A DNA stretch of 64,000 nt, from assembly GCA_037379345.1 (NCBI GenBank), contig CM074519.1, positions 31,584,103-31,648,102 on the forward strand, read 5' to 3'. The stretch comes from Perna viridis (taxonomy: Eukaryota). The notes under the pieces were generated by a model. The model was given only the letters and a program-made list of their open reading frames with translations. It was not told the origin of the DNA and did not search any database. Position 1 is the first letter of the stretch. Each line of letters begins with the position of its first letter. A program made the translations under genes and the position numbers. Below are positions 52,392 through 64,000 of this stretch, in pieces.

Positions 52392-55300
52392 CTATGAATG
52401 AACGGTCGGAATTGGTAAGTTTCCATAAACCTAATGAAATAATAATAATAACAAATTAAAAGGGTGTAAAAAGAAACAGGAAGTAGGTGGCACATTACAA
52501 ATTTTGTTTTCAAAATATTTTTTTTCACCTTTTTCATATCACAAATGCATACTTTCCCAAATTTGGGTTATGGTTTTTGTTAAATTGCTACGACTAAAGA
52601 GGAATAAATTACATAGAAGGCATGGACGTTCATTAAGATAAGAAGCTTACTCTTCAATTTGATCACAATTTGGTTCCCATGTTTGGGACATTAAAAATCA
52701 TGTTCTGATCATTCCATTGTTCGATTTAAAAGAATACTTAATACTTTTCAACATTAATATGATATATATTACATTTTAACAAAATATCAGTGCCAATTTA
52801 ATCATAGAATCTACCTGATGTTTACATTGACAACCTTTTAAGCGGCTGTATGCTTTGATGTTAATGTCAACTTTAACTTCCCAAACATCGAGACGACAAC
52901 TGCACTTAAACATTTTGTTTAATGTAAAAAAAAACATAAACTCCTCATTCATTGGATCTTGTTATGCTTTGAAATTTTTTCGCATTGGAAGGATAATTTG
53001 TTGTTGCTTTACGTATTTATAAATAACATTATATAATATTTATACATAAAATACAAATATTAAAAGCAGGGGCCGCTTACCCTACCCGTGCCTCTGTTAT
53101 TTAGTATATATGATTTCGGTTACTTTATGTTCTTTGTTGTATATGTCTGTTTTCTATGTCTAGTCTTTGTCCCTGGATTACATTCTTTTGATTACTGCTA
53201 TAACCTTGGTTCCTTAGATTACTCATACGCATTCACATAGATAAAGAACAAGTAATGAGGAAAGTAGGAAAGAAGGTTTTTCAATTTAAAATTAAAACAG
53301 CCGTCGTAGATCCAATAATAATATTTTAAAAAGTAAGCAAGCTTCGTTTCCAAAACATAAGCAGTATGTGAAGTGTTTCCCTTTTCCCGCCTTTCTCTTC
53401 TCATTTTTTTCTTTTTGTTTTTTTTTACAGTCCTTGTTGCTTAAAAACAAATGTGATGCAATACACTTACATAATCCAACAATGCTCCAAACTCATTATG
53501 CTGCATCATATTATCTCCTTAAAGAAAAAAGGATTTGTGAATTAATTTTGTACGTAATTTCTTTTTCAATTCTACCTTTAAATACCTTGTCACTGAAACC
53601 TATTAGTTATCGTTTCTTTAGACTTGGACTAGAACTTGATTTTAAAGTATTGTGGTCGTGTCGTTTTGGGTTTAAATCTGTTAAACTTAATTTTATACAA
53701 CTGATTAGGTTTTGATATCTTTTTCCAAGCTCCGGAACAGGGTCTGACTTTCGACATTCACTCTTGGCGCTGCAGCCAGCCCTTTTAGAAAATGCAATAA
53801 TTTTTCAATGTCGGAAAAAAATGAATTATTTTAAGCGACGTTATCCGATTGTTTGATTTAAACAATGTCCGCGAATTTCAAAAGGTTTGTCTGCAGAGGT
53901 TAGTAAGACGGGAAACAAACGACCGCTGCTAAATGGGTCTTGTTTTTTCCCTGAATGTATCAACTGACTTTAATATGACGTGGTTCAAAACTCTTAAAGC
54001 TGTTGTAACCGACGTCACAATAGAATTTTGTCAAAAATGGTAGCCGTTTTACGCAACACATAGACTTGCATTTTAAAATATGAAGAAACAAGTCATTTTG
54101 GAATCATTTAATCATTGTTTTAGCACGTACTGGCCATTTATGTTGAAATATTTAACAATGCATTTTTTTAAATATAAAGAAACTTGTCTAATTAGAACTG
54201 CAATAAGTCATGAAAAAAAGTTTTATCCTAGTTTCACCATGGGTTGGCCATTTATGTCATATTTTGTCGCATTATTTACCTGAACCGAGTGTGGTAAAAC
54301 TATGTTAAATTGATTTTTCGTGATTTATTTCTTTAACATTTACCTATTGTATCGTTAATTAGCATCAATGTATAGCATTTGATTTCGCAATTTCTTTAAG
54401 CAACATTACACTTCACGCTTATCATTATTTTTTAATGTTTTCCTTTTAACTGTTTGACAAATTGTAATTTGTAATTGTAAATAAGTATGAATTTAAATGG
54501 AATATGAATATTGATGAAAAAAATCCGATGCTCCAATCAATTTTTACATTTTTTTGTGAGAGTACCGTTACAACTACAATTTGTGAAATTAAAACTACGA
54601 GAGAATTACCATTATTATCAAGTCTATGGAATAAGTTGTTTAGATCAGAGTTTGTCAGAACATGGTTCTTGTCCATGTCAAAGTGTTGGAAGATATGTTC
54701 AACAACCCAGTGCTTATCATGGTAATTATGGTGCCACTGTTGTACAAATTCGTGTTCTGCAATGCCACCAGACACTGTGAAGAAGAAGAAATGGCAAAAA
54801 AATGTACACACCTGTCTGATAGTAATATATTGTTATTTTTCTTGATTTATATGGCAACATTTTAAATAACCGATGTAAATATACATTGTGAATACTTAAG
54901 ATTATCATTTAACGAAGAAAAATAACTATGTGTGGATTAATACATGAAATCCTGCAGACAACTTTAAAACAATTAATGATGACTTACCTCGGCACAGCAA
55001 CAAAAATGATTGTCCAAAACTTCAAACCATTCTCAATTTATAAAATGTCTCCTTAACAACTATATATAACTTATATAAATAGTGAAACAATTAGAGAAAA
55101 GTAAGTTTCCAAAAAATCATATACTTACAGTCATGGTCGAACGTTGTGATGAATTCCTGGAGAAACTCTGCCATGTCTAAGTGTCCATCATGATTCAGGT
55201 CAGCTTGTTTCCAAAGTTTTTCTATGATGTCAGGAATTAACATACCTCCATGTGGATTGTTACTGATGAATGAACAAAACAGATTAGCCTTGTGTTTTCA

Positions 55301-56734
55301 AGTTTCTTGCTGTTACTATCAAGATATCTGTATGGTGGTTCTGAGCTACCTTTCAGTTACTACATTATTTCAGTGATATCTCTTTCTATATATATTTTGC
55401 TTGTTGACGTATTCAATAGACGGAATTTATTGTAAAATTGATTGATGTGTATTTTGTTTTGTCAACATTCTGTTTCGTGGGAGGGGATTTATTTCTTTTA
55501 CTTTCGGGATCTTTCAGGGCTGGCTAAACGGTGTGTTTACACTTGTTAAAGGACTTTTGATGACCTCTAAATGCATTCACTGTTCTTGATTTATGTAGTA
55601 GTATAGGTTTCATCATTTCCGTTTGTGTCTGTCTTTATATTATTTAAAGGAATTCGTTTAAATAATGTATAATTCACGAGCATGTAAACATCTATTATAT
55701 GCATAATTTTATACTTTAAGCTTTTAATCATCACAACAAAAGTTTTAGCTTCGCCGCCATGAGTTCTCCGAATGATAAAGTATGTCCCACTCTATCGCAT
55801 GTACCTTAACATTTTGTACGTTCGTCTTCAAACTACTACATGCATTACATGTGATAGAATTATGTAATAAGTAAATATATAAAGAGCAGATAAGACGTCT
55901 CTTCATACCGTTCCACTTTTATTGCCTTTTACTTTCCTTACGTATCTAAGCTCAGGATACTAACTCTGTTAGTAGTGAAGACTTTTGCCCTTTTTCCATT
56001 TTACCTAAGTTTGACATTTACTGCAAAAAGGCAAAATTGATTTTCTCTCATAATAATCATAAAGGGTTGCTGGTGGAAACGCTATCTTTGTATTGAAAAA
56101 TGTCTTGAAACTATTTAAAAAAATACTCATAAAAAGCTTTCTGCTTACACTGACGTTTCTTCGCTACATCTCTGTTTATTCTAGCTAGCATTGTTTCATT
56201 TATCTCCAGATATATTATCTCCCATTTTAAGACAGTAATTTAAAGTGCACGTGACTTTTCAACCACCGAAAATTACTCATCATCCCCCACTTCACTAAAG
56301 TTTTAATTGCTTTGTGTTGTTTTTCTGTTCATGGTCATTTTCATTTATTATTCTATGATAGTACAGTTTTATTGTAAATGAATGTAACAGCGAACCAACG
56401 ATTCGAAGTGGTAAAATGAGGATAAGTTTCTCCTACGCTCATTAATAGTTTCTGCTCGTCCAAGGGCGAATCGTGCCGACCAGAATATAAACTGATCCGC
56501 CAGCGTTGTTTATCTGATGTTTCAGTCTTGTATTGATACATGTTAAATGAATGAGCTTCACTGAAACGTAAAGGTCTGAACATACATTATAAAGATTAAA
56601 TCAATATGCAGTATTGCATTGTTTGTGGTCCTTCATTTGGCAAAAAGTTAATATAAGTACTGCGTGTATTCTTTACAGTCTACTTACCAGTACACATATG
56701 ACACAATACAAAGGACTATAAGAAGAAACCTCAT
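52392..56734 (-). CDS. Secreted His-rich protein with four EF-hands (molluscan EF-hand shell-matrix-like family), 143 aa; exons 56688-56734, 55129-55262, 54610-54774, 53471-53517, 52392-52430
   Basis: Spliced product MRFLLIVLCIVSYVYC-NNPHGG...ADLNHDGHLDMAE...FDHDLSGGIAEHE...FDMDKNHVLTNSD...LDNNGDNMMQHNE...VYGNLPIPTVHS*; GT-AG sites with phases 2,1,1,0 all consistent. Confidence 0.88.
53065..53225 (+). mobile_element. Naiad 3'-end fragment in the last intron of the EF-hand gene
   Basis: gcttaccctaccc...ctggattacattcttttgattactgctataaccttggttcc. Confidence 0.8.
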
Positions 56735-57111
56735 TTTTGAATCCACAAGTTTAGCTGCTTAATACCTATTCCAAGATGTACCGAAATGTACTCTCTTATC
56801 TCTTATCGTTGTTACTATTACAAAATTGTCCACCGTGATTTTCTTTACATACATACATGGTACATAGTTTGTCTACGTTTTGTTTTTAATACATTCGATG
56901 TTAGATAACCTCATTGTTATGAAAGTTATGTTTCTGTTAACTGTGAATAAAATCAAGTTCAAATTCAATACTCAGAGAGTTTATCTCAGTAGTTTTAGAA
57001 ATACATTGTGTCAATCAAAAGCAGTGGACAACAAAAGCTCAATGACTGATTCTGATTGAAACATCACTAGAAAACAAGGCAAAATAGTTTACTGACAACT
57101 GAAATGTTTAT

Positions 57112-57151
<40 letters not shown>

Positions 57152-57505
57152 GCATTTTTATCCCGGTGAGGTTGATAGCTTTTTGACATGTACCTTTTCT
57201 TGTTATATTAATAAAATGAAAGACGAGAAATATAGTCGCAACCTCGCAAGTCCATAGACGACCTGAACTAGAATATATTTCCCTGTAAACGTGAAAGTGA
57301 CAAATAACTTTTGACAGCATAATTTCCTAGGAGCATTCTATAAATTAGTAAACATGTGTGGCTACAAAATTGCATATAAAATGATGTATTTAAGTGGAAT
57401 TTACGGGATTTATTACATTTTATTTGCGTATTATCCAACGTTACGTGTCGTTATTCGGGAAATTAATTCAAATAGTTGATATTGATATCAACAAAACAGG
57501 GAAAT
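56735..57505. promoter_or_regulatory. Putative bidirectional promoter between the divergent EF-hand and prokineticin-like genes
   Basis: Start codons 772 bp apart, facing outward; TATA-like catataaaa near 57373, tandem GATA-like sites near 56794-56806, (CT)n at 57116-57148. Confidence 0.5.
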
Positions 57506-60500
57506 ATGGTTGATCTGAAGCTATTTGCTGTATTTCTTCTTAGTTTTCAGGTATGTACATTTATCTTATTTTTAAGTTGTCGAACAAAAGATGATTTCAA
57601 ATTCGTTTACTATACCGTTGACGATAAGGAAATAAAAGTGAGCTCATTAAGAGTAATCAAGGGAACCAATCAAAGAATGTAACCCATGGAAAAAAAACAG
57701 AGAGGATAAACCCAACACACATAACAAAGAACATGTAAAAACCAAAATAATACGTACAAATAAACAGAAGTAGATGAGCAACTCGGACTCACTGAAAACT
57801 AGGAGCATGGACCAGGTGCACCGGTAGGGTAAGCGTGCTATGCTTCCTACAATTGCACATAAAGTCAATTCCAGGGTAGACTAAAGAGTTAAGAAAAAAC
57901 TATGGCACGTTGAATAAATCAGTTCTCATTGTGCACATGGATACATTGTAACGATTTAATGGTTCATGATGACGATCAAAAAACTTTTGTACCAACATAA
58001 CTCTGTTCTAGAAGCCTAAGTGCAGGAAGTCTAGCGCGGTACAAAAAGTCTGCTTAGATACAACAAGCTCTGGCATAACCTGTGAGTTGTGATATGAAAA
58101 TTCTTTACGCAGATGCAGAAGGGATGTTGCCACAGATCAAAGGAAAGTTGACAAAACGGAATGAAGTCATCGCGTTTGTCGTATAGTTTTGGTCAATAGT
58201 TTTCCTTTTATTATCGATCGATCTCTAAGTGTAGGTATAGATATTAGGCGGACTTCACAGTGTCTGTATTATTCTTCATATAAAGTTCTTCGGGGTAGAT
58301 CCGAGGTATAAAATCCCCGAAACTCGGATTGTTTAATGACAATACGTCATCTATTTAGCGGAAACCGAGGTTAAACGATGTTCTTTCCTTTGGATCTGAT
58401 CAGCGGTAAATTAAGCCTCATAAGAGTGCAGGAAATTGTCAGACAAAACAATTTGGAATACCGACCGTTTGTTCAAAAACTCGTCCACCACACTGGACAT
58501 ATATGACAAATATGATAACAACTTCCTAGATATATATATTCGGAAGATGACTTGGAAGAATCTAGGTGTACAGCCTTTTCTTGAGTAACAACGGCTGAAG
58601 CTTTAATTGAATGTGTGAAATAGAATTATAAAGGGTTGAAATATCATAGGTTTTAATGCTGTTGTATTCTAATTACAATCTTGAATTGACGGTTTCCAGA
58701 ATTTTTTATTTTTCGGGATCCCCATTGAATTAATATCACTACGGGAGTAACAAGTGTCGTGATAAGACTAAGGATCCTCTTTGACAGCCGTGAGTATAGA
58801 AGTTAAAAGTATGTAAGAGGTTTGGTGGTACATTTGGCAGATCTAGCAATGTAGTGTTTTTTTTTTTTTTTTTGTTTTGTTTTGTTTTTTTTTTTTGTAT
58901 GGAGTTTACAAAGCTAGTATATAAATGGTAGTTCACAATAATCGTCTCTGGTAGAGGTGCCAAAAAAAGGAAAGCAAGGATTTCTGGTTTTCCACTATCC
59001 CTTCTATGGCGAGTGTAATGTAGGTCTTGTTACTTGTTGCTATTCTTTTCTACGTCTACCTCCGATTATATACATTGGATGTAATGTGTTTTGCAGACAA
59101 AAGCATGTTGCTTTCCGCCTTATCTGCTGGTGCGAGAACATGTTTGTCATATATGGTAGACAATGTTTTGGCTACACTTGGGTCTTAGAAAACTGATGTA
59201 GCATTAACACTAATTGGCCTACTTACAATTTTCATACGTTTCAAAATTAAACACCTCACAGCCTAAAGTTATCACTCTGACAGTGAATCAATGTCTTCTT
59301 ATTCTCGTTTTGTCCATTTTCTTGCATAGTCCTCCAAAGCAATCGTAAGAATTTTAAAGTTACAATTCCAATTTATGGAGTCTGGTTCAAGGTACTTGGG
59401 GCCTTTAGAAAGGTCCTTTACGGGGAGATTCGTTTTCTAAATGTTAAAATCTGGAATAATAACGTGACCAGTAGACCTTATTTGATTGGAAATGTTTTGC
59501 AAGAACAGTCAGGTGGTCTAGCATTGAAGTCCGCAATCTCGAGGTCCTGCAATAGGCTTTAATAATTGGGAAATTTGGATGCAATGGGTAAAGTATAGAA
59601 ATGTGAAATAATTGGTATTGCTTTGTCTTTGAAATATGGCGAAATACTTTTCGCAACTTTTTTGTGATAGAGGATGTGGGCCAAATTGATTAGCGTATAC
59701 CTTTTCGTTTTTCTTCATCTTGACCTTTAACGCACATTGGTTTAAATATTCTGTGTAACTACAACATATTTTCCACTTGAAATGCATTTCCTAGTGTTTG
59801 TTTAATACTCGTTAATTGCAAAAAAAAACGTTTAAGAATGTTTATCGTACAGTTTTGTTTTCGAATTCATGCAAAAAATTTAAAAATTTAGCCAAAAAAC
59901 CTACATTGATTCTTCATTGATGTAGAATCAAAGTTTGCAACCTCACACTTATTCAAGAAAATTTTGACAAAGTTACATGATTGATAATCAGTTACAACAC
60001 ATGCATTTACAAATCTTAATCATAGAAATGGCTTTGACATTGTGATATTATTCAGCTGTCTCTATCAGAACATCCTTGCAAATCTTCTGCTGACTGTGCC
60101 AATACTGATTGTTGTGTCAGTAACTTTCAACCCATTGGTAGAAGGAAAAGGGCAATTTCAACAGGACTGTTTTCATCCGGTCACTGTGAATCTATGGGTC
60201 AAAAGGGCAACCGTAAGCATTTCAGTATATTGTATGCAACTGATAGAAATACAATACATGATGAATTTACTACACTTTTCTAGAATGTATCAAACGTATA
60301 AAATTTGTCAAATTGGTTTGAGCATTTTTAATAGCATTACATGATGCGTAATATATCAATGTCCGTTTTTTTCCTAAAAAATATTTTACATTGAAACCAT
60401 CTATACTTTAATGGTGCTTGACACAAATGTTTAGGATGTGCACATAAAATAGGGCAGGAATAACATATAACTCTTATTTCTTTGTACAGACTGCTATGTC

Positions 60501-60845
60501 AGACAAGGTTCCGCATCAACACCGCCAACAGATCCTACATGGGCTTGTCCATGTTTAAGTCCACTCACTTGTGTAGGAAGTAACATGTTTGAAATTCCTC
60601 AAGGAGAAGTCGGTAATATATTTTTACAATGTTTAACCTTGTTAAACAGTTACTTCAAATTACAATAGAACGAGGAAACCGATAACGTTTTGATTGAAAA
60701 AATTGTTGGAAAAAATGCAGTATTCCATTTTTGTATACATATACATTAGAAGTAGTCAAAAGGATTGGGTTTTTTCATCAATATAATTCTTAATTTAATT
60801 TAATTTAATTATTTTTATTATTTTTTTTCAGGTACATGCGAATGA
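57506..60845 (+). CDS. Secreted prokineticin/astakine-like (colipase-fold) 10-Cys peptide precursor, 112 aa; exons 57506-57550, 60056-60212, 60490-60612, 60832-60845
   Basis: MVDLKLFAVFLLSFQLSLS-EHPCKSSADCANTDCCVSNFQPIGRRKRAISTGLFSSGHCESMGQKGNHCYVRQGSASTPPTDPTWACPCLSPLTCVGSNMFEIPQGEVGTCE*; C-C-CC-C-C-CPC-C-C pattern; phases 0,1,1 consistent. Confidence 0.85.
57648..59800 (-). mobile_element. Long decayed Naiad copy (CxC linker + RT + 3' end) in intron 1 of the prokineticin-like gene
   Basis: PPDCSC at 59499-59516 followed by GHVII..KGP..NWNCNFKIL; RT remnants; intact 3' terminus at 57648. Confidence 0.88.
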
Positions 60846-61048
60846 AGGACACCTTTGCATATCTTTTAAATTGAAGTTAAAATTGAATTCCAAATAATAA
60901 CAATTACATATAACTATATATGATTTCAAAGAATAATCAATGCCGAGAACTGTTAAGTACAAGAGGTTCATAATACTAAAAGCAAAACAAAAACAAATAA
61001 AAAGTAAGTCATCCACTTGCTGCCCCTTTTTTATTATTAGTTTTTTTC

Positions 61049-61051
<3 letters not shown>

Positions 61052-61111
<60 letters not shown>
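61052..61111. repeat. (AT)n microsatellite
   Basis: Visible directly. Confidence 0.95.
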
Positions 61112-61114
<3 letters not shown>

Positions 61115-61561
61115 ACTATTTAAAACTGTTTAAAATGCATTTCTTAATCAAACAAGAATTCTACAGCGCATGCGCCCTAAGAATCCTCAATATTTCGAGA
61201 CGATAAAAAAATATGAACCAATTGCGTTACGTAAATGCAGAACAAAGCGTTACGGGCACACGCCTGGACAGAACCACAAGGGTGATACTTTTTCCTATAC
61301 TTTGGACCAAAGGTACAACAAAAGGTCAATACATAACTAAATGGTTCATTATAAAATCAACAAGAGTGCGTAGTTCATTATTCAATAATATTCACACTTC
61401 AATTAAAACTACTTGTGAAATCATTATTGTGACCCAACCAATTATGTGATGATGTATTCATCAAAAATTTGAACATTTTTGAATTATTTACAACAATTTG
61501 TTAATCAACCATACAGAGAAATAACTTTAATAACATGTAACAAAGAGATGAAAAATATTTA

Positions 61562-63748
61562 TCAGGAGTACTCAATTTTGAGCTATTGCCATCACTTGGC
61601 GTCTGTCGCCTGTCTTCGTTAACAATTTCTTCAAACATTTTCTCCTCTGAAACTGCTTAATGGATTTGGATGAAACTTAAGATGATTGTTCCTTGGAGTA
61701 TCTTGCTAAAAAAAAGTTTGGATTTTTGATCTATAAAAAAACATGGCCGCCATCAATAAAAAAAAACATAGGGTTCAGACAGCAGTTTTTTTTTTTTGCA
61801 CATACCTCCAAAATTGTAAGGTTTAACCAAAGTCTGACATAGGGTAAAAGTATTCAGTATGATGAGATCTATCTGGTCAAAGTTTGGTGAAAATCTGTTG
61901 ACCCATGTTGGAATTATTGCCCTTTCTTGGACGTTTTTTGCTGTTTTGATGTTATTACTTTCAAAAATCTTGTCCTCAGAAACTACTATACAGAACACTT
62001 GTTACTCCCGTAGTGGTATTAATTCAATGTAGATCCTGAAAAATTCGAAAGATCTTTTGGAAACAATCAGTTCAAGACTATTATCAGAATATAATAGCAT
62101 TAAAACCTATGATTTTACAACATTGTATACTTCTATTCCACATACTCAGTTAAAATCCCGACTTATAAACATTACACATCGTTGTTTTTCCAAAAAAGAT
62201 GGTACACCTAGATATATAATTCTTGGCAGATATTCCTCATACTTTGTAAGAAGTAATTAAAAATCATCTTCCAAATATACAGAAGAAAATGTTTACAAAA
62301 TGCTGGAATTTTTAATCGACAGCATATTTGTCCATTGTGGTGGACGAGTTTTTCAACAAACGGTCGGCATTCCAATGGGAACAAATTGTTTACTTTACTT
62401 TACTTGCTGACCTATTCCTTCACTCTTATGAGACTGACTTTATAGCTGATCTGATCCGAAAGAAAGAATATTGTTTAGCTAGATCCTTCAATCTCTGTTT
62501 CGGCTATATAGATGCCGTATTATCTTTAAACAATCCTAATTTTGGGGATTTGATACATCGCTTCTACCCCAAACTTGAGATAAAGGATACTACAGGCACT
62601 GTGAAGTCAGCCTTATACCCTGACCTACACTTAGAAATCGATAGTAAAGGAAAACTATTGACCAAAGTTTCCGACAAACGTGATGACTTTGCATTCAAAA
62701 TTTCCTTTCATCTGTGGCAAAATTCCTTCAGCACCTGCGTATGGAGTGTTCATATCATACGTTATGCCAGAGCATGCCGAGACTACGCAGTCTTTTTGTA
62801 TCGCGCTAGAATTCTAAACAAATGGGCTTCTGGAGCAGGGTTATGTTGCTACAAGATTGAAATCATCACTACAAAAGTTTTATGGTCGTCATCATGAACT
62901 CATGGATCGTTATGGTGTATCCATCTCCGTCATGAAAACTGATTTGTTCAACGGGTCATAGTTTTCTTTTCCTCGTTTGTCTACCCCGGACTTGACTTTT
63001 CATTGGCAACTCGGCGGGTGTTTCTAGAAAAGCAGAGGACGCTTACCCTACTGGTGCACCTGGTCCATGCTCCTAGTTTTTAGTGGAGTCCGAGTTGCTC
63101 ATTTGATTTTGTTACTTTGTATGTATGATTTTAGTTACTCTATGTTCTGTGCTGTGTATGTCTGTTTTCCATGTCTGGTCTTTGTCCCTGGATTACATTC
63201 TTTCGATTACCGCTATAACCTTGGTTCTCTTGATTACTCCTTTTGCGTATATTTCCAAAACGGTTAGGTTTAGCTAATATATTTCAATTGCTAAAATGAT
63301 CCTTATTATAAGGCTCTCGGGATCAAAGTTGTCAGACTCCATATAAGAGTTCTTGACCTTAAGAGGTGGAATATGACTCGTTTTTTTTTTTACAGTTTTC
63401 AGCCAATATCTTGAAATCTATGATAGATAGAATAAAACTTTCAATTGCTGACATGATTCTTATATAAGGTCTACAAAAGTCCCCAGGGATCAAAATTGTC
63501 AGACGACTCCATGTAAGAGTTACTGCCCTTGAAAGGCAAAGAAAATATGTTTTAGCAGTTTTCAGCCAATATCTTGAAAACTATAATAGATAGAATGAAA
63601 CTTTAAATTGATAAAATGATCCTTAAAAAAAGTCCTACAAAAGTATTTGCGGAGTCAAAATTGTCGGACAACACCTTGTTAGAGTTATTGCCCTTGAAAT
63701 GCAAAAACTTAACCAGGTGACCGATTCAGGCTCTAGGAACCTCTTGTT
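61562..63748 (+). mobile_element. Helentron/HINE-type element with about 160-bp internal tandem repeats, interrupted by a Naiad
   Basis: 5' part cttggcgtctgtcg..ttctcctctgaaact; about 160-bp repeats starting near 63283, 63441 and 63603; 3' end caggtgaccgattcaggctctaggaacctcttgtt (subTIR plus small hairpin), typical of bivalve HINEs. Confidence 0.65.
61995..63245 (+). mobile_element. 5'-truncated Naiad RT plus 3' UTR
   Basis: IKTYDFTTLYTSIPH, GIPMGTNC, LADLFLHSYE, YIDAVL; the ORF remnant ends at DLFNGS* with no C-terminal GIY-YIG. Confidence 0.92.
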
Positions 63749-64000
63749 TATTTACTAGTACTTTACCATTAAAAGTACAACTGAAGTGATTCTTCAAATG
63801 TTTGGCGATACTATAAACTTTATTAAATTCGTAAACCTTTTGGTTTTGTATAATAAATATACCTTTGACTTTATCTGTATATCTGTATATCTGTACAAGA
63901 AGATATAATCAGATTTACCTTAGTAATACTTACGTTACAAGGCCTTGTTCATGGCACGACGACTTTGGAATATCCATTGATACCAGTAAAACGTGAACAT

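Overview
AT-rich eukaryotic genomic DNA, most likely from a bivalve mollusc judging by its repeat families. It is not prokaryotic: there are no operons, rRNA or CRISPR arrays, and most ORF-track entries are noise. Splicing by hand on GT-AG sites with matching intron phases recovers five host genes. (1) A divergent Shaw/Kv3-like K+ channel (27157-30426 +) with a charge-poor S4 and a PVP->PIA S6 gate. (2) An orphan 176-aa protein with an intronless CDS (34007-34537 -). (3) A 10-exon secreted protein with two MRH (mannose-6-phosphate receptor homology) domains and no TM segment (40715-50964 +). (4) A 5-exon secreted, His-rich protein with four EF-hands (52392-56734 -). (5) Head-to-head with it, a 4-exon prokineticin/colipase-fold 10-Cys peptide with an internal G-RRKR cleavage site (57506-60845 +). 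The rest is transposon-derived: about 11 fragments of Naiad-type Penelope-like retroelements sharing a structured 3' end, a full-length Ingi/I-group LINE with a 9-bp TSD, a decayed pogo-type transposase, a Helentron/HINE, a SINE, MITEs, and mini/microsatellites. There is one N gap at 49079-49276. All gene models are manual and have not been checked against RNA data.
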